Assembly (NCBI RefSeq): GCF_000281045.1 | Contig: NW_008246087.1 | Span: forward strand, 256,987-320,986 | DNA from: Saprolegnia diclina VS20 | Taxonomy: Eukaryota | Direction of reading: 5' to 3' | Length of the DNA: 64,000 nucleotides | Shown here: piece by piece, positions 25,474 to 42,394 of the stretch | How the letters are laid out: every line of letters begins with the position of its first letter | Numbering within the stretch: the stretch's first letter is position 1 | Position numbers and translations under genes: made by a program | Notes under the pieces: model-generated | Seen by the model: the letters and a program-made list of their open reading frames with translations, nothing else | The model's database searches: none | What the model was told of the DNA's origin: nothing

Positions 25474-27879
25474 ATGGAGTGTCTTGGCGGCGCTTCCGTC
25501 GAGCTCGTCATGTACATCACGATCGCGCTGGCGTCGGTCGCGGTTCTTGGCCGCGCGCTCTTTGGCCCGATGATGCTCGGCGGGTACTTTGGGAAGGAGA
25601 AGTCGTCGACGCACTTGCTGGGCGGCCGGAAGAGTCTTATTGCTTGGCGCCGCCGGGCCATGAAGAACGTCGACCAGGTATGTACGATGCGAGCGTGAGC
25701 AATCATGGCTCAGGGTGCGATGCGATGGTAGCACATCCTTGAAGACATTGCAACGCTCGGCGACCACGTGCTCGACGGCTACGTCACGGTCAAGAAGGGC
25801 GCGGCGAGCAAGGTCTGGAAGAAGCGCTGGGTGATCCTCGATGCCTACGCGCGCATCAAGTGCTACTCGAACGCCGAGGCCGCGCGACGCAACTCGGCGC
25901 CCAAGCACACGTTTACCGTCCACCAGGTCGAGGTCGACGCCTCGAGCCAAGCGACGCTCGAGCTGCGCAACACGCTCGGAGCCACGTACTTTTTCCAGTT
26001 TGACGACGAATTCAAGATGAACAAGTGGCTCCTCGTGCTCCAGACGCGCGCGGTCCAGAGCACCATCACGGGTATGCTATCCTTGTCGTCCACCGTCTCG
26101 ATGGCATCCGCATCCTGCATTAGGCCGCATTGACCCGATGGACATGCACCACGAGCTGCACAGCCTCCATGCGCCGCGCATGGTGCACTCACTCAACATT
26201 GACGTCGACGACTTTGTCGTCACTGCGCTCAAGGAGACGTCGATGCGCCAGTATTTTCTCGTCGCCAAGTTCAAGTCGGAATTGCATGATCACTCGATGG
26301 TGCCCGTGGGGCAGACGAGCCAGCAGCGCGTGAGCGAGGTACACTACGTTCTTACGCTCCAACCTCCTTCTCAACGATGCATATGCAGACGACCAAGTCG
26401 GTGGTATGGAACGAGCCGTTGACATGGAGCTTTCCGGACCACGAGTGCAACACGTGCGACGAGTGCCAGAGCCTCGGCATCACGGGCATGTTTGGCGGCC
26501 TCCCCGACATCCTCGTCGTGCACGTCCATGAAGTCACGATGCGCGTCAAGACGACCAAGATTGGCCGCGTCACGATCTCGCTCAAAGAGCTCTTCGGGCC
26601 CGCCGGTGTCCTCCGGTTCGAACCCCAAAGTTGCTTGCATTTTTACTCATTTTTCGTGTAGCTCGAACGTCGAGGCCAAATGGCCGATCCTCGCGACAAC
26701 CCAAAAGAACCAGACAAAGGAGTCGGTCCTCGGCACGCTCAACGTCAAATTGGCCTACTCGACCGAGCACGCGCCGTCGTCCGAGTGCGAAGCCGACCCG
26801 ATCGTGCCATTCCTCACCTCCGAGCCCAAAGACCTCGAGCTCATTGGCGAGTACGACTTGCCGGCGTCGATATCGACGTTCAAGGAGTTTGTCGAGACGT
26901 ACCACAGCAGCGTCGACGAGCCGCCGGAAGGCGCCTTGTCCTCCAACCCGATCTGGGAAGCGTACTACAAGGAGCGCGGCGACACCGAGGTCCGCATTGT
27001 CATCCTCGTTTGCATGTATGAGATGGCCAATCGTAGATGGAACGCGAGCCGTGGGAGCCGTCGCTCATGTACGGCGGTGTCGTGCGCAAAGTGACGTTCC
27101 GGTCGTTGACGCACGCGCCCATTGGCCCATCGTCGACGATGACGACGAATACGTGGCACATGTCCGGGTACCTGCCCGCCGGGTGCGGCCCCGAGTGCGA
27201 CGAAGGCAGTGAGATGAAGCAGAGCATTCGTGTGCAGCTCCACGATATCCCGTACGGCGACTGCTTCACGGTCGAGCATGTCACGAGCTTTGAGAAAATC
27301 GAAAATGGGCCGATCCACGTCAAGATCTACCTCGCGATTCCGTTCTCAAAGGGCTGCATGTTCAAGAGCAAGATCCTCACGCAGACCAAGTCGACGGTCG
27401 CCGAGTCGTACGAGCTCTTTTACCGCTTGCTCAACGAGCGCCACGATGCAATGGCCGAGGGCGAGAAGGCGCCGGCGCTTCTGCCGCCGCCGCACCGCCT
27501 TGCGCGCCTTTGCTCGATCATCGACGAAGAAGTTGCGCTCGAAGAGATATTCGAGAACCAGCGCGTCCACATCTTTGGGAAATGGGAGCCCAACCACCTG
27601 TGGCCGACGGACCGCCCGCGCTTCTCGAACCGCGAAGGCACGAAGGAGCTCGCGTTCGATGGCGTGACGCCGCCGCGTGGCTGGACGTGGACGTCCGAGT
27701 GGAAGATCGATAACAAGTACACCGAGTGCGACGAAGAAGGCTGGAGCTACGCGACGGACTTTCCGCGCTTCAAGGTGCATTTGGCCAAAGGCAAGTCGAA
27801 CGCGCGGAAGGGCGGCAACTCGGTGCGCCGCCGCCGCTGGATCCGCACCATGTGCGTCATCCCCGACAGTAAAGAGTAA
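25474..27879 (+). CDS. Multi-exon protein: TM anchor + PH + C2-like + VASt + DysF (dysferlin/Pex30-type) domain
   Basis: N-terminal TM helix. PH: DGYVTVKKG..KVWKKRWVIL...MNKWL. C2-like: VVWNEPLTW...KIGRVTISL...LGTLNVKL. VASt: HDIPYGDCFTVEH...PFSKGCMFKSKI. DysF: EEIFENQR...WPTDRPRFS...PPRGWTWTSEWKID...DEEGWSYATDF...VRRRRWIR. Confidence 0.8.
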
Positions 27880-27961
27880 AGGACATATTGTACACACACA
27901 AGACACGGATAAATATATGGATGACAGTACAACGACGAGGACGAGGACATGGAAGACGCGG

Positions 27962-28678
27962 CTACGAGACGTAGATCTTCTCCATCGTCAGCGGCGCGCC
28001 CCATTCAAACGTGCCACGGAGGAGGAAGGCGCCGTACTTGTTCTTGCCCGCGCCTTCAACCTCGTACGTCGTCGGCGAGAGCGGTGTGAACGAGAGCGTG
28101 ACCTGCTTCTCGACGACGCGCTGCGGCTTGCCCTCGAACGGCTGCAGCAGAAAGTACCCTTCGTAGACCCCGCTCTTGGGCCGATTCAACTCCATGGTGG
28201 CGTCCGTGCACTTGATGCAACGGTACGAAAACTTGCTCAGCGTCTGTCCGGGCTGCTCAAACGCAGTCGACGAGAAGCCCCACGAGCCGCTCCACTTGAC
28301 TTCGTTGTACCAGACTTCGTACGCGCCGCGCAGCACGGGCTTTGGGGTTGCATCGAATGTCACCTCGGGCTTGCACTGGACCGGCGCCGGCGTCGTCGGA
28401 AGCGGCGCGTCCACAGGCGCTGGCGGCGTAGCAGGTGGCGCCGGCGGCGCTTCGTCGAGGGTGCTTATGCTCGAGATGCTCACAAGGTCGTCGTCCGAGT
28501 CCGAGTCGGGCAGCAGCCCAAGATACCGGTCGTGGGCAGCCATGGCGGCCATGGTCAATGGCGGCGGCGAGTCCATCGTCGGCGACGTGGCTTCGGGCAC
28601 GTCTTCGATGGCGGGCGAGTCGGCGCTGAGCTTCCGGCGCTTGGACTCGTGGCAGCTTGTCTCGGTCGTCCCGGCCAT
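27962..28678 (-). CDS. Hypothetical, possibly nuclear, protein with basic NLS-like motif and beta-rich C-terminal domain
   Basis: Single ORF of 238 aa. KRRK near the N-terminus, an acidic/Pro linker, and a globular C-terminal half (WSGSWGF...SGVYEGYF...VEGAGKNKYGAFLLRG). Confidence 0.7.
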   Translation of the reverse strand: MAGTTETSCHESKRRKLSADSPAIEDVPEATSPTMDSPPPLTMAAMAAHDRYLGLLPDSDSDDDLVSISSISTLDEAPPAPPATPPAPVDAPLPTTPAPVQCKPEVTFDATPKPVLRGAYEVWYNEVKWSGSWGFSSTAFEQPGQTLSKFSYRCIKCTDATMELNRPKSGVYEGYFLLQPFEGKPQRVVEKQVTLSFTPLSPTTYEVEGAGKNKYGAFLLRGTFEWGAPLTMEKIYVS

Positions 28679-29944
28679 GGCAAAGATCTTTTTTTCGAAC
28701 GGCGGAAATTAGCAAATGACGACCAAGGTACCCTTTTTTGGAGCCGGATCTTGGTCGCCTGTGATTGGCTCAAAGGCCGTCGGTTATGTCGTGGCAGCGA
28801 TGATTGGCCACCGCTGCGTCCTTTCGCTTTTTCTCGCGTTCGGATTCGCTACATTTTAGCGAATCATCGACATTCGAAACCGGCCCGCCTTGAAGTTCGA
28901 AATACAAGCCGCGAAGCGAGCGTTTTGGCGCCGGGACAGGCGGCCGCAAGCCGTCGTCGCTGGCCTCACTCTCTTCCGAGTCTCTGCACGCAAGAAGTAG
29001 ATGCCACGTGCGTACTACAATTCGACCAACGTTCTGGGGCAAGCCCAGTTGCAGTCTGGCGAATGGATCATCTGCGCGTCCCAAGATATCCTGATCGCTT
29101 GGATATGCTGGCGGTTGCGACGCCTGGGGTTGCCACGTGTCCGTTATCCCAACACGACGATTGAGCAATGCAGCGACGAGACGCAGAACCGTAGGGTGAG
29201 CTACCGGGCAGTCGCGTGGGAAGCAAGCTCAAGAGCATCTCGCGGGCCATCACACTCATCTTGGAGCAACCACAACGCTCAGCAGCAACGCGAGCCAACG
29301 AGCACTACCTACTAGAGAACGAGGCCAAATGGGCAGCGATGTTGGACCGAGCAAGTTTGGTTGTTCCTCGATGTTCGCATGTACTACTCGTAACACTGCG
29401 CAAGGACCTTCTTCGAGTCGCCAAAGGAAGCGCGAGGTTTCCGCGTGTCCATTTCACGGCTGGAACTGGATTTGGCGCTGGTGGTAACCGGCTAAAAACA
29501 CGCATGTTGAGGTTTTGTGTCACGGCGCGATGGGCAGCACAGACTTGAACCTGATCGGGTGCACGGTAGTGGACCTGCAGTCTGTACTATCGACGGCTGT
29601 CTGCAGCCAGCATCCACGGCCACCCCGCTCGACCGTTGTTCCAACCGGTTCCAGCAACCTCGAATCGGTAGCGGTTCGAAGTGTCTGTCGCAGCTTCGCG
29701 GCGCTTCGTCCGCGGCGGCTTCCTCGTCAAGAGTTCACCCTGCTTCGCCACATCCGTCGTGTGATTGGTACAGAAGTAGTATGCGTCCAGGCGCGTCCAT
29801 GTCACGGCCCAGTTTTGACCTCACGTTTGTATGGCGGCCAATTCGCCGAAGTTCTACGTCGCGATCTTCGGATTAACCGAAGTTGAAACCGCCAATAAGA
29901 ACGCGGTGTTTTGTGGCGTGGATTGCCAGCGGCTCGATCGCTGG

Positions 29945-29960
29945 TCATTCTGCAATTTCC
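29945..29960 (+). promoter_or_regulatory. Oomycete INR+FPR core promoter element
   Basis: TCATTCTGCAATTTCC ends 27 nt upstream of the cysteine synthase ATG and matches the known oomycete YCATTYY + CAWTTT arrangement. Confidence 0.65.
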
Positions 29961-29986
29961 TCCACAGCGTCCCTTCCCACGCCACC

Positions 29987-31058
29987 ATGCTGCGCCACTC
30001 GTCGTCGCTCCTTCGCCGGACGCTGAGCTCGTCGACGCACCGCCCGAAGATCGCCGAGAGCATCACGGACCTCATTGGCAACACGCCGCTGCTCTACCTG
30101 AACAAGGTGACCAAGGGCTGCCATGCGCGCATCGCCGTCAAGTGCGAGTTCATGGAGCCGGCGAGCAGCGTCAAGGATCGCATCGGCCTGAGCATGATCA
30201 AGGTCGCCGAAGAAGAAGGCAAGCTCAACAAGGACTCGATCATCGTCGAGCCCACGAGCGGCAACACGGGCATTGGTCTCGCCATGGCCTGCGCCGCCCG
30301 CGGCTACAAGCTCAAAATTGTCATGCCCGACTCCATGTCGATGGAGCGCCGCATCTTGCTCAAGGCGTACGGCGCCGACCTCGTGCTGACCCCGGGCGCC
30401 CGGGGCATGACGGGTGCGTGCCTCAAGGCCGAAGAGATTGTGCGCGAGACGCCGAACGCGATTCTTCTCCAGCAGTTTAAGAACGCGGCCAACCCCAAGA
30501 TCCACTTTGAGACGACGGGCCCCGAGATCTGGCGCGACACGGACGGCAAGATCGACATCTTTGTCGCTGGCGTCGGCACCGGCGGCACTATCACGGGCAC
30601 GGCCAAGTACATCAAGCCCAAGAAGCCGGACGTCAAGATCGTGGCGGTCGAGCCCGAGGAAAGTCCCGTCCTCTCGGGCGGCGCGCCGGCGCCCCACAAG
30701 ATCCAGGGCATCGGCGCTGGCTTCGTGCCCGACATCCTCGACCGGTCGCTCATCGATGAAGTGATCACGGCCAACGCGCCCGAATCGATGGCCATGGCCA
30801 AGCGGTGCGTGCTTTGTACCATGTACGAGACAGAAGACTCAGGTTCTATGTAGGTTGGCGGTCGAAGAAGGCATCCTCGTCGGCCCTTCGTCGGGCGCGG
30901 CCATCATTGCCAGCTTGAAGCTCGCCAAGCGCCCCGAGAACGCCGGGAAGCTCATCGTTGCGATCCTCCCGAGCTTTGGCGAGCGCTACTTGAGTTCGGC
31001 GCTGTTTGAGGAAGAGCGGGAAAGCGCTGCGAACCTCCCGACAACGCCTGTCGACTAA
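29987..31058 (+). CDS. cysK: Cysteine synthase (O-acetylserine thiol-lyase), likely mitochondrial (intron 30805-30853)
   Basis: IGNTPL, PLP lysine motif [43 protein letters not shown] and SFGERYLS. N-terminus [15 protein letters not shown] resembles a presequence. Confidence 0.95.
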
Positions 31059-31654
31059 ACGTTGTCATCATGAGTCTTTCTGTACGGTTGGTCATTTCCT
31101 TGCAAGCTCGTCTGCGCTCGCGAGCACCACGTCGCTTGAAGGGTGGGACTTCCTTATGAACGTATTAACACACGTCGCCAAGCTTCACAGCGTCCCGAGA
31201 CGGTCGTCTGAGGCTGCATTCGCTGTCAAACCCCGTCGTCCGCATGTGGCAGCTGCCTCCGATTCCTCGCTGTCTCTACGTTGCATGAGCCCACACCCAA
31301 CATGCTTGGGCGGGGGCTGACGCTCGCCAAGTGGTGTCGCGTCTGATGATGACCAGTCGCTGCGGAGCAAGGGAATAACCCTTGCTACGAGCTACACCGT
31401 GGTCAGGAGGAGCAGCTTCGATTTATCCATGGCGTTTGATTGGCTCATCGATTTTATCAACGTTTTCATTGGGTAGCAGCATCCAATCGATGACGCGTTC
31501 GTGGCCTTGATAAAGGTAGGAATTCCGGATAGTATCCGGAAATCTAAAAATACGCGCTCGAAATCCGAAAATCCGAAACTGCTCGGCTGCAGGACGGTCG
31601 TCCGTTGCCATTTTGGCTTCCGACGTTGCCAGGCTCATGGGTCGCTGTAAGAAG

Positions 31655-32934
31655 ATGCTGCTAGCGCTCGTAGCTCTCGTGTACCTTGCAAGCAGCGTGA
31701 CCGGTGCTCCGGCCTTGGCCAGCGACTGCACGTCGGACGCCGAATGCCCCGATGGCACGGGCTGCATCACGATCAAGCATGCGTCGTACAACCCCAGCGC
31801 CGTCTTGGGCAAGTGCACGCCCAAGCAGCTCTGCCGCGGCAGCAGCGTCGGCAACTGCCCGAGCTTCAACGCGCCGTCGGCGCCAGGCGGGTACCTCCAG
31901 ACGCAGTGCGTCTTTATCAACACGACGCGCCTCCGCAACATCAAATGCTGCACGGGCAACAGCGCTGGCACGACCGCAGGTGGCGACAGCGCAGGAACCG
32001 GTGGCAACAGCTCGCGTGTACGGCTGCTAACCAACGACTCTACGATCACGAGTCTCAGCAACCTACCAGCCGACAGCACCGACTGCTTCCAATGCTACCG
32101 CGACCCGCTGCCGCCCAAAGGCTCGACGGGCTACTACGCGGGGCAGTTCTTTTGCGTACCGCAGCAAGAATGCAAGGCGTCGAGCGTCTTCCCGCTGGCT
32201 TGCAACAGCGGCAACAGTACGTCACATCTTCATCTCTCTCAATGTCGTCACGGAAATATAGTGTGCAACTCGGGCGTCAACGAGCTCTGCAACCTTCATG
32301 GCACGTGCACGCCCCTCGACATCAACGACCCGAAAGGCTCGTACGGCTGCGCGTGCAATGCCGGCTTCTCGGGCGGTCAATGCGAAAACGTCGTCAGCAG
32401 TACGTTGCCCTCCGTACTGAGCCGTCTTAACACCTCGGAACAGGTAGCTGCCTCTTTGACTGCGGCGACGGCAACATCAAAGGTACCTGCATCGACGGCC
32501 AATGCGTCTGCAAGAAGGGCTGGAGCGGCCCGCAGTGCACGCTGTGCACGTCCGACACGGCTTGCGGCGGCGGCCTTTGCAACACGGGCTCGGGGCAGTG
32601 CTCGTGCCTCACCAACACGACGATGGCGTACGAGCGCATCTCCAACGTCTGCTACCCCGGGGTACCGATACACCGTCCTCTTTTCTACAGCAACAAAGCA
32701 TGGTCGTAGGGCGCGACGACGGGCACGACAAACGCGTGCACCGGTGTCATTTGCGGCGCGCTGGGCAGTTGCCAAGCCGGAGCGTGCGTCTGTGCGCGCG
32801 GCTGCGCTGGCACGATCTGCAAGCCGTGCGCAGACCCGTCGTGTCGTTCGTGCAGCCCGGCGGTGGCCCTTCGCCCGTCGCTCGGCGTCGCTGCTTCGGT
32901 CCTGCTTGCGGCCCTTGCCTACCTTCGTGTCTAA
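31655..32934 (+). CDS. Secreted Cys-rich EGF-like protein, probable GPI anchor (introns 32217-32261, 32400-32443, 32662-32709)
   Basis: Signal peptide MLLALVALVYLASSVTG. EGF motifs CNLHGTC...CACNAGFSGGQC and CVCKKGWSGPQC. Hydrophobic C-terminus SLGVAASVLLAALAYLRV*. Confidence 0.8.
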
Positions 32935-33035
32935 GCGCAATGCACTCCATTTCAACGCTCTCGACGCCGCCTGTCTGAGATTGCACTTGCGAGATGACAT
33001 CGAAATACGACGAGTGGGGTATATAGACGAGACAA

Positions 33036-37062
<4,027 letters not shown>

Positions 37063-37648
37063 GCAAGGCGATGAGCGGAAGCGAAGCTTCGAGACGACGC
37101 GACGCGCTTTCTCGAGGCGCGACGACTTGTCTATGGCACCCGTTCGATCACTTGTATTCAAAGGTCGCTTGCTGCTGTTGCGTCAACGGTATACGAGGCG
37201 CCTCTCGATCGCGATGAATGGTTGCCAGTCAGGTGGTTGCACGTCCTTCCTCCGCACCTTGGGGTGTCATCGTCGGGCTGAACGAGCGTGCGAGGAGCTG
37301 ACAAACGCATACGACCACCATATTTGCAGCGCACGTGCGACCCTACTGCCTATGATCTACCTTGCCGATCCCTTCCAGTTTGCATCGTCGTCATTCTGGT
37401 TGAACTTGGGTTTCGGCGCCAGGGCAAGGAACCACGGAGACGCTTTTGATAAAAAAGCAGATGCGTATCCGGACGTTCAAGGTTTGCATGGGCAGATGGC
37501 GCAATCTTCAAGCCCAGCGCTCGTTGTCGAGGGCCGTCAAGGCCCTGCACGCCAAGTCGCTTCCATGCGCCAGTCTCTCTCGGGTATGTAGAAGCTTGGT
37601 CGAAGCCATCAACGCAGTACCACCATGCGCTTCCATCTTGTTACGACG

Positions 37649-39671
37649 CTAATCAATGTCGAGGTCGATAGCCTTTTGCTGCTGGTACGACCGCCGAACG
37701 GGCTGTTTCTTGGGGCGCACCGAGTATGCAGGTGCCGACTGCCGCAGATCGCTAGTCGCGGATGCATCTTCGACGCGGTTCATGATGGTCTGCGCAATCT
37801 GGATGAGCGCTGTCACGTCGGCGTCGCGGAGGCCATTGCGCGGCGCATGGTCGAGCACCGAGAGCACGCCCAGTTGCACGTGCTCGGACGAGACGAGCGG
37901 GACGCCCACGAAGAACTGGACGCTGCGGTCCGCCACGATCGGGTTGGCCGCAAACCGCACGTCACTGCGCGCGTCGAGGACGATGAGCGGGCGGTCGCGG
38001 CTCACGTGCGCTTCCAAGAGCACGTCCCACGGCAGCATGTCGCGCTCGACGCCGTGCTTGGCGACAAAGTACCCGGCGTGCGCGCCAAAGATGCACACAG
38101 TGCCCATGGCGCAGCGCAGCGACTTGCACGCGAGCGTCGCGTACAAATCGAGGTCGTCGCGGCGCCGGCAGAGGTCGAGCTCGGTCGCGATCGCCGCGCG
38201 CCGGTCGTGGTCGTGCAGAAGGGACGGCGGGTCGGGCCACGCATGGCCCCGCTTAAAGTTGAGCGGCACTTCCAACGGCGAGTTGCTTGTGATAGTAGGA
38301 CCTGCCTCGGAGCCGCGCAAGGGCGACGGCGGAACGTAGTGCAGTGACGGCGGAACGTGGTGCGGCGACGGCGGCATGTTCCCGGCCGTGGGCGAGCAGA
38401 GCCGGACGGGCGCGGGCGGCGGGGACCGGCGTCGGGGTGGTGGCGACCGCCGCGTGGTCGAAGGCCGTGCTTGCGGCGTCGGCATGTGGGCAACGTCGTC
38501 GGGGCTCAAAGCGTCGTGCGGTGGCTGCCACGACGGCCGCGTCTCGAACGACGGCAGATGGTCGAGCTTGATGGTCGAGAGCGAGTCACGCTGGATGGGA
38601 TGCTGCCCGGACGACCCGAGGCCCTTGAACGCGAGGGCTGATGCGTCCGTATCGCCATGGACTTCCCACCTACCAAGGACAAGATCTTAGCATCTGCATC
38701 GGCGAGATGGCAAGGATGTACCGCAAGATGCGTCCGTCGTTCGGGAGCATGTAGAGCTTGTGCACAAAGTCTTGTCGGAGGACCTTCCCGGTCGCACGCA
38801 CTTGCATGCTTTCGTGGCCTTTGGCGACGACAACGATCTGCTTGGACGACGACTCGACGACCTCGAGGCTGTGGACGGCGAATGTAAGGAGCTTGGCCGC
38901 CTTTGTGAGCTTGGTGAGGAACTCGAGGAGGCCGTGGTGCCCCGAGTATGCGCCTTGGAATGGCACGACGACGCGGTAGTTGGTGCGCAGCGCGAGGCTG
39001 CGATGGCACATGGAGACGAGACGCATGACCGGTCGGTCGATGGACGGCGCGGCCACCGCGAGTGCGATCAAGGTCGGCGGCCGCACGATCTGGCGCGGTG
39101 CGACCTTGAGCTCGAGGACCTTCTCACGCGCTTCGTCTTCGAGCGCACTCAGCGACGACTGCACGTACGCCAAGGCGGCGTAGGCGTCGTCGAGCGTGGC
39201 CGGTCGGATGGTCGTATCGACGAGCCCGACGCGGCCGCGGCTGTCAATGCGCGTGTCGTGGATGCCCTGCGCCGCCATCGCCATCCACAGTGTCTTCATG
39301 GCCTGCGTCTTGGCGCGGAGAAAGACGGGCTTGCCACTCGAAGTTTCAAAGATAAAGTCGAACGCACCATGGCCGTGGATCGAGACGACATGCTGCAGAA
39401 TGACGTGCGACGTGAACGAGAAGGCGCCGTGCTTGATCTTGGAGTTCTCGGGCTGCCGCTTCGCCTCGTCCGCCGAGAGGTAGCAGTAGAGCGCGCAGCC
39501 GTGCAGCACAAAGTAGTAGGCTTCCCACTGCTTGAGCCAGTCAGACCGCTTCTGGAGGTAGCCCTCCCAGCGCGTCGTCACGGCCACGGCCGGCGTGTCC
39601 ACAGAGGCTGCTGGCGCCTCGTTGTAGCTGGGCAGCGACCCGATCGTCGCGCATGCTTCCGACGCCGCCAT
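37649..39671 (-). CDS. PH + NTF2/SnoaL-like + GAF domain protein (intron 38670-38721)
   Basis: PH: WEGYLQKRSDWLKQWEAYYFVL. SnoaL-like: VPFQGAYSGHHGLLEFL...FVHKLYMLPNDGRILR|WEVHGD. Pro-rich linker. GAF: PLIVLDARSDVRFAANPIV...FFVGVPLV...LGVLSVLDHAPR. Confidence 0.85.
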
Positions 39672-41525
39672 GCAAGACTACGTATCACGTTGTTGCGGTT
39701 GTTGAGCCATGGGAGCCGGAGTCGAATGGCTTCGCTTTTACCGACAGCATCACCCCGCCTTCAGTTCGACGGTATACCAGATGCGCCGAGCCCATGTCGC
39801 CCCGCCCGTGACGCGCCACGCCGGGACAGTGGCCCAGGAACACTGCGACTGGAACTGGTCGCGGAAGACGAAGAAGGAGGAGACAGGCGGGACGAGGACC
39901 ATCACGCGTACGTCGTGCTGCAGACGCTCGCGGGTCCCGGGCTCGGAGTGCGTTGCCTCTGGAAAGGCGCCGCATCAAATGCACTGTTTCAAGATGCTGG
40001 ATGGCATACACTGTACTAATTGGACGAAGCAGTTCGCACCTCGGGTGCTCGGACCGCCTCTCGCGTGCCATGGACCGATCGAACGAGGGCGTAGGGTCGT
40101 GCATTGCGCGAGCGTGTCGTACGCAGCACGTACGGTTGCGCTGCCACGTGCTGTGCTGCACGCGGACGTGTATGTAGCTGGTGCCAACGGCGAGATTGAG
40201 CTGCAACCAAATGCACTGGTATACGAGGAATACAGGATTTCTCGCTCGCGTTTCCGGTCCCCGTTCATATGCACAGTCACAACACGGGTTGCGTTGGCTT
40301 TACGAGGTAGTAACCCTGCCCAGACCTAGAGCTCCCCGCTACGTAAACCTTGCGGAATGTCTGCGAGGTTGACGAGTCGCTCTTGCCGAGTAGAAGTCGA
40401 CACCGATAGGACGGCGACTCGTTGGTCGGCACATCGGTGGTTCGATCTCGCCAAGCACTTGGGCATCCTTGTTGCTTGTTGCGGCGGCGTCGGTGGCGTC
40501 CTGCTGATGGAATTGCAAAGCGTGCTAGCGTTGGACAATGCTGGCAGGTGGCCGGCGAGTCGCATGGGCGCTTCGGTTCTACTGTGCGGGACAACGTTCT
40601 CTGCCGTTTCTTACTGGCAACCATCCCTTATGCTTGGTGCCAAAGCGCGCTACCTATACTCCGCACAAGACGCGCGCCTTTGCGGCGGCGATAACATCAC
40701 ACAAAGGCACAGCGAGGCGCTCGCTTTCTATACGCCTGTCATCGCCATCGATTGTCGAACGGGTGCGAAATAGAACAATGTGATGGCGCGGGACGTCTGT
40801 GATGCTCCAAGATCCAATCCGGTAAGCTTGTCTGGGCAGGGCCATAGCAACGCGTCACGAAGGTCCACGAAGATTTCAAACGGCCGTACCACAATCTACC
40901 ACGTCGTCCCGGCGGTGCTGCTTGTGCTACGTACTAGGCCTATCGTGGCGAGCGTTGGGCTAATCGCCTCGTCTTCTCGCCATCGTTACGGGATCCAGGA
41001 TGGCGCGTCGCACCCAATGAATCTTGGTGGCAACCATGTCACGTCGTCGGCGGCGGCCTCCAAAGAGCTCCAGCGCGCGCTGGCGACGACTGTACCTTGA
41101 AGCAGACGTCGTCGTGGCCCTGCGGCCGTCGCCGCCAATGCTTCTTGCACATCTTGTCTCCCTCTCAAATGTATGGCTTCCCTGGATGAACCGTGGAGAT
41201 TGCTACCGAAGATCGTCAGCCCATCTGCGACAGGCCATCGCTCAGCTTCGATCGAAGTTGGCATCATCAAGATGTTGACGTCAGCAGTCAGTAGGGCTCG
41301 GGTACACTCTTGCAATGTATCAAGTCCGCCTTGCCGTTGCATTCAAGAGGTGGCTTCGAACTTCGAGGCTCAATCGACGGATGCGTATCATTGGTGTGTT
41401 CTCGGCGGGCGGCGGCTCTTATTGGGCCGGCCCGACGCAACGTATCCGGATGCCGGATACGAGAGTGAAACCACAAAAACACGCATGGGTGGTGTTGAGT
41501 GGTGAATGGCGCGGCCGCGGCTTTG

Positions 41526-41536
41526 GCTCATTTTGC
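41526..41536 (+). promoter_or_regulatory. Oomycete initiator (INR) element
   Basis: GCTCATTTTGC about 25 nt upstream of the cytochrome c ATG. Confidence 0.55.
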
Positions 41537-41557
41537 TTTTTCGGCTCAATTGACAAG

Positions 41558-41902
41558 ATGGACGTTGCTGGTGGTAAGGGTGATGCGGCCGTCGGTGCCA
41601 AGATCTTCAAGACCAAGTGCGCGCAGTGCCACACGTGCAACCCCGGCGGCGCCCACAAGCAGGGCCCCAACCTCTCGGGCTTGATCAACCGCCAGTCCGG
41701 CCAGGCCCCCGACTACTCGTACTCGGCTGCCAACAAGAACTCGGGCGTCACGTGGACGGACGAGACGCTCTTCGAGTACCTCCTCGCCCCCAAGAAGTAC
41801 ATCAAGGGCACCAAGATGGTCTTCGCCGGCCTCAAGAAGCCCCAGGAGCGCCGCGACTTGATCGCGTACCTCATCGAGGCTTGCGACCCCAACGCCGCGT
41901 AA
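41558..41902 (+). CDS. CYC1: Cytochrome c
   Basis: [18 protein letters not shown] heme motif, HKQGPNL and [17 protein letters not shown]. Confidence 0.98.
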   Translation: MDVAGGKGDAAVGAKIFKTKCAQCHTCNPGGAHKQGPNLSGLINRQSGQAPDYSYSAANKNSGVTWTDETLFEYLLAPKKYIKGTKMVFAGLKKPQERRDLIAYLIEACDPNAA

Positions 41903-42394
41903 ATACGCCCGTTCTATTTCACGTTTAGATATTGCTAGTTTGATGCTGGCGCGCCACTGCCATTTCCCGGCATTAGAGGAATAACACGCTTTGTATCTAT
42001 CATAACCCTCGACTTGCTTACGCCTGCCGCCCGCCCGAGACAACGCATGCTCAACGCCGGTCTCGTGAGCGCCGCTGCGAGCGAGGACTCATGAGCTCTC
42101 GGAGCTGCCGTCCAGAGTGATGAAGCGCCGAGAACGTTGCCATACGTATCCGGTTGATGGGGATCAGACACTCGACACCAGCGACCATCCAAGGAAGAAA
42201 CGAGATCTTGGGTCTGTATCTCGCCGCAGCAATTGCAGGCCGGCTACAATTGCGGGTTGCCATCCGCACCTCAAACTCGCGAGTCGCTGCGACTCTAATC
42301 GTCGCTCTCAGATCGTAGCGTAGCAAGCAATAAGAGTGTGTTATATTGGTAGTGTAGTGTGGTCGAAGAAGGAGTAGGGTGCGAATCGGTGTGC

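Noticed and set aside
39709..41342. ORFs between the GAF gene and cytochrome c
   Set aside because: No consistent frame, codon bias or motif, so no gene model could be supported.
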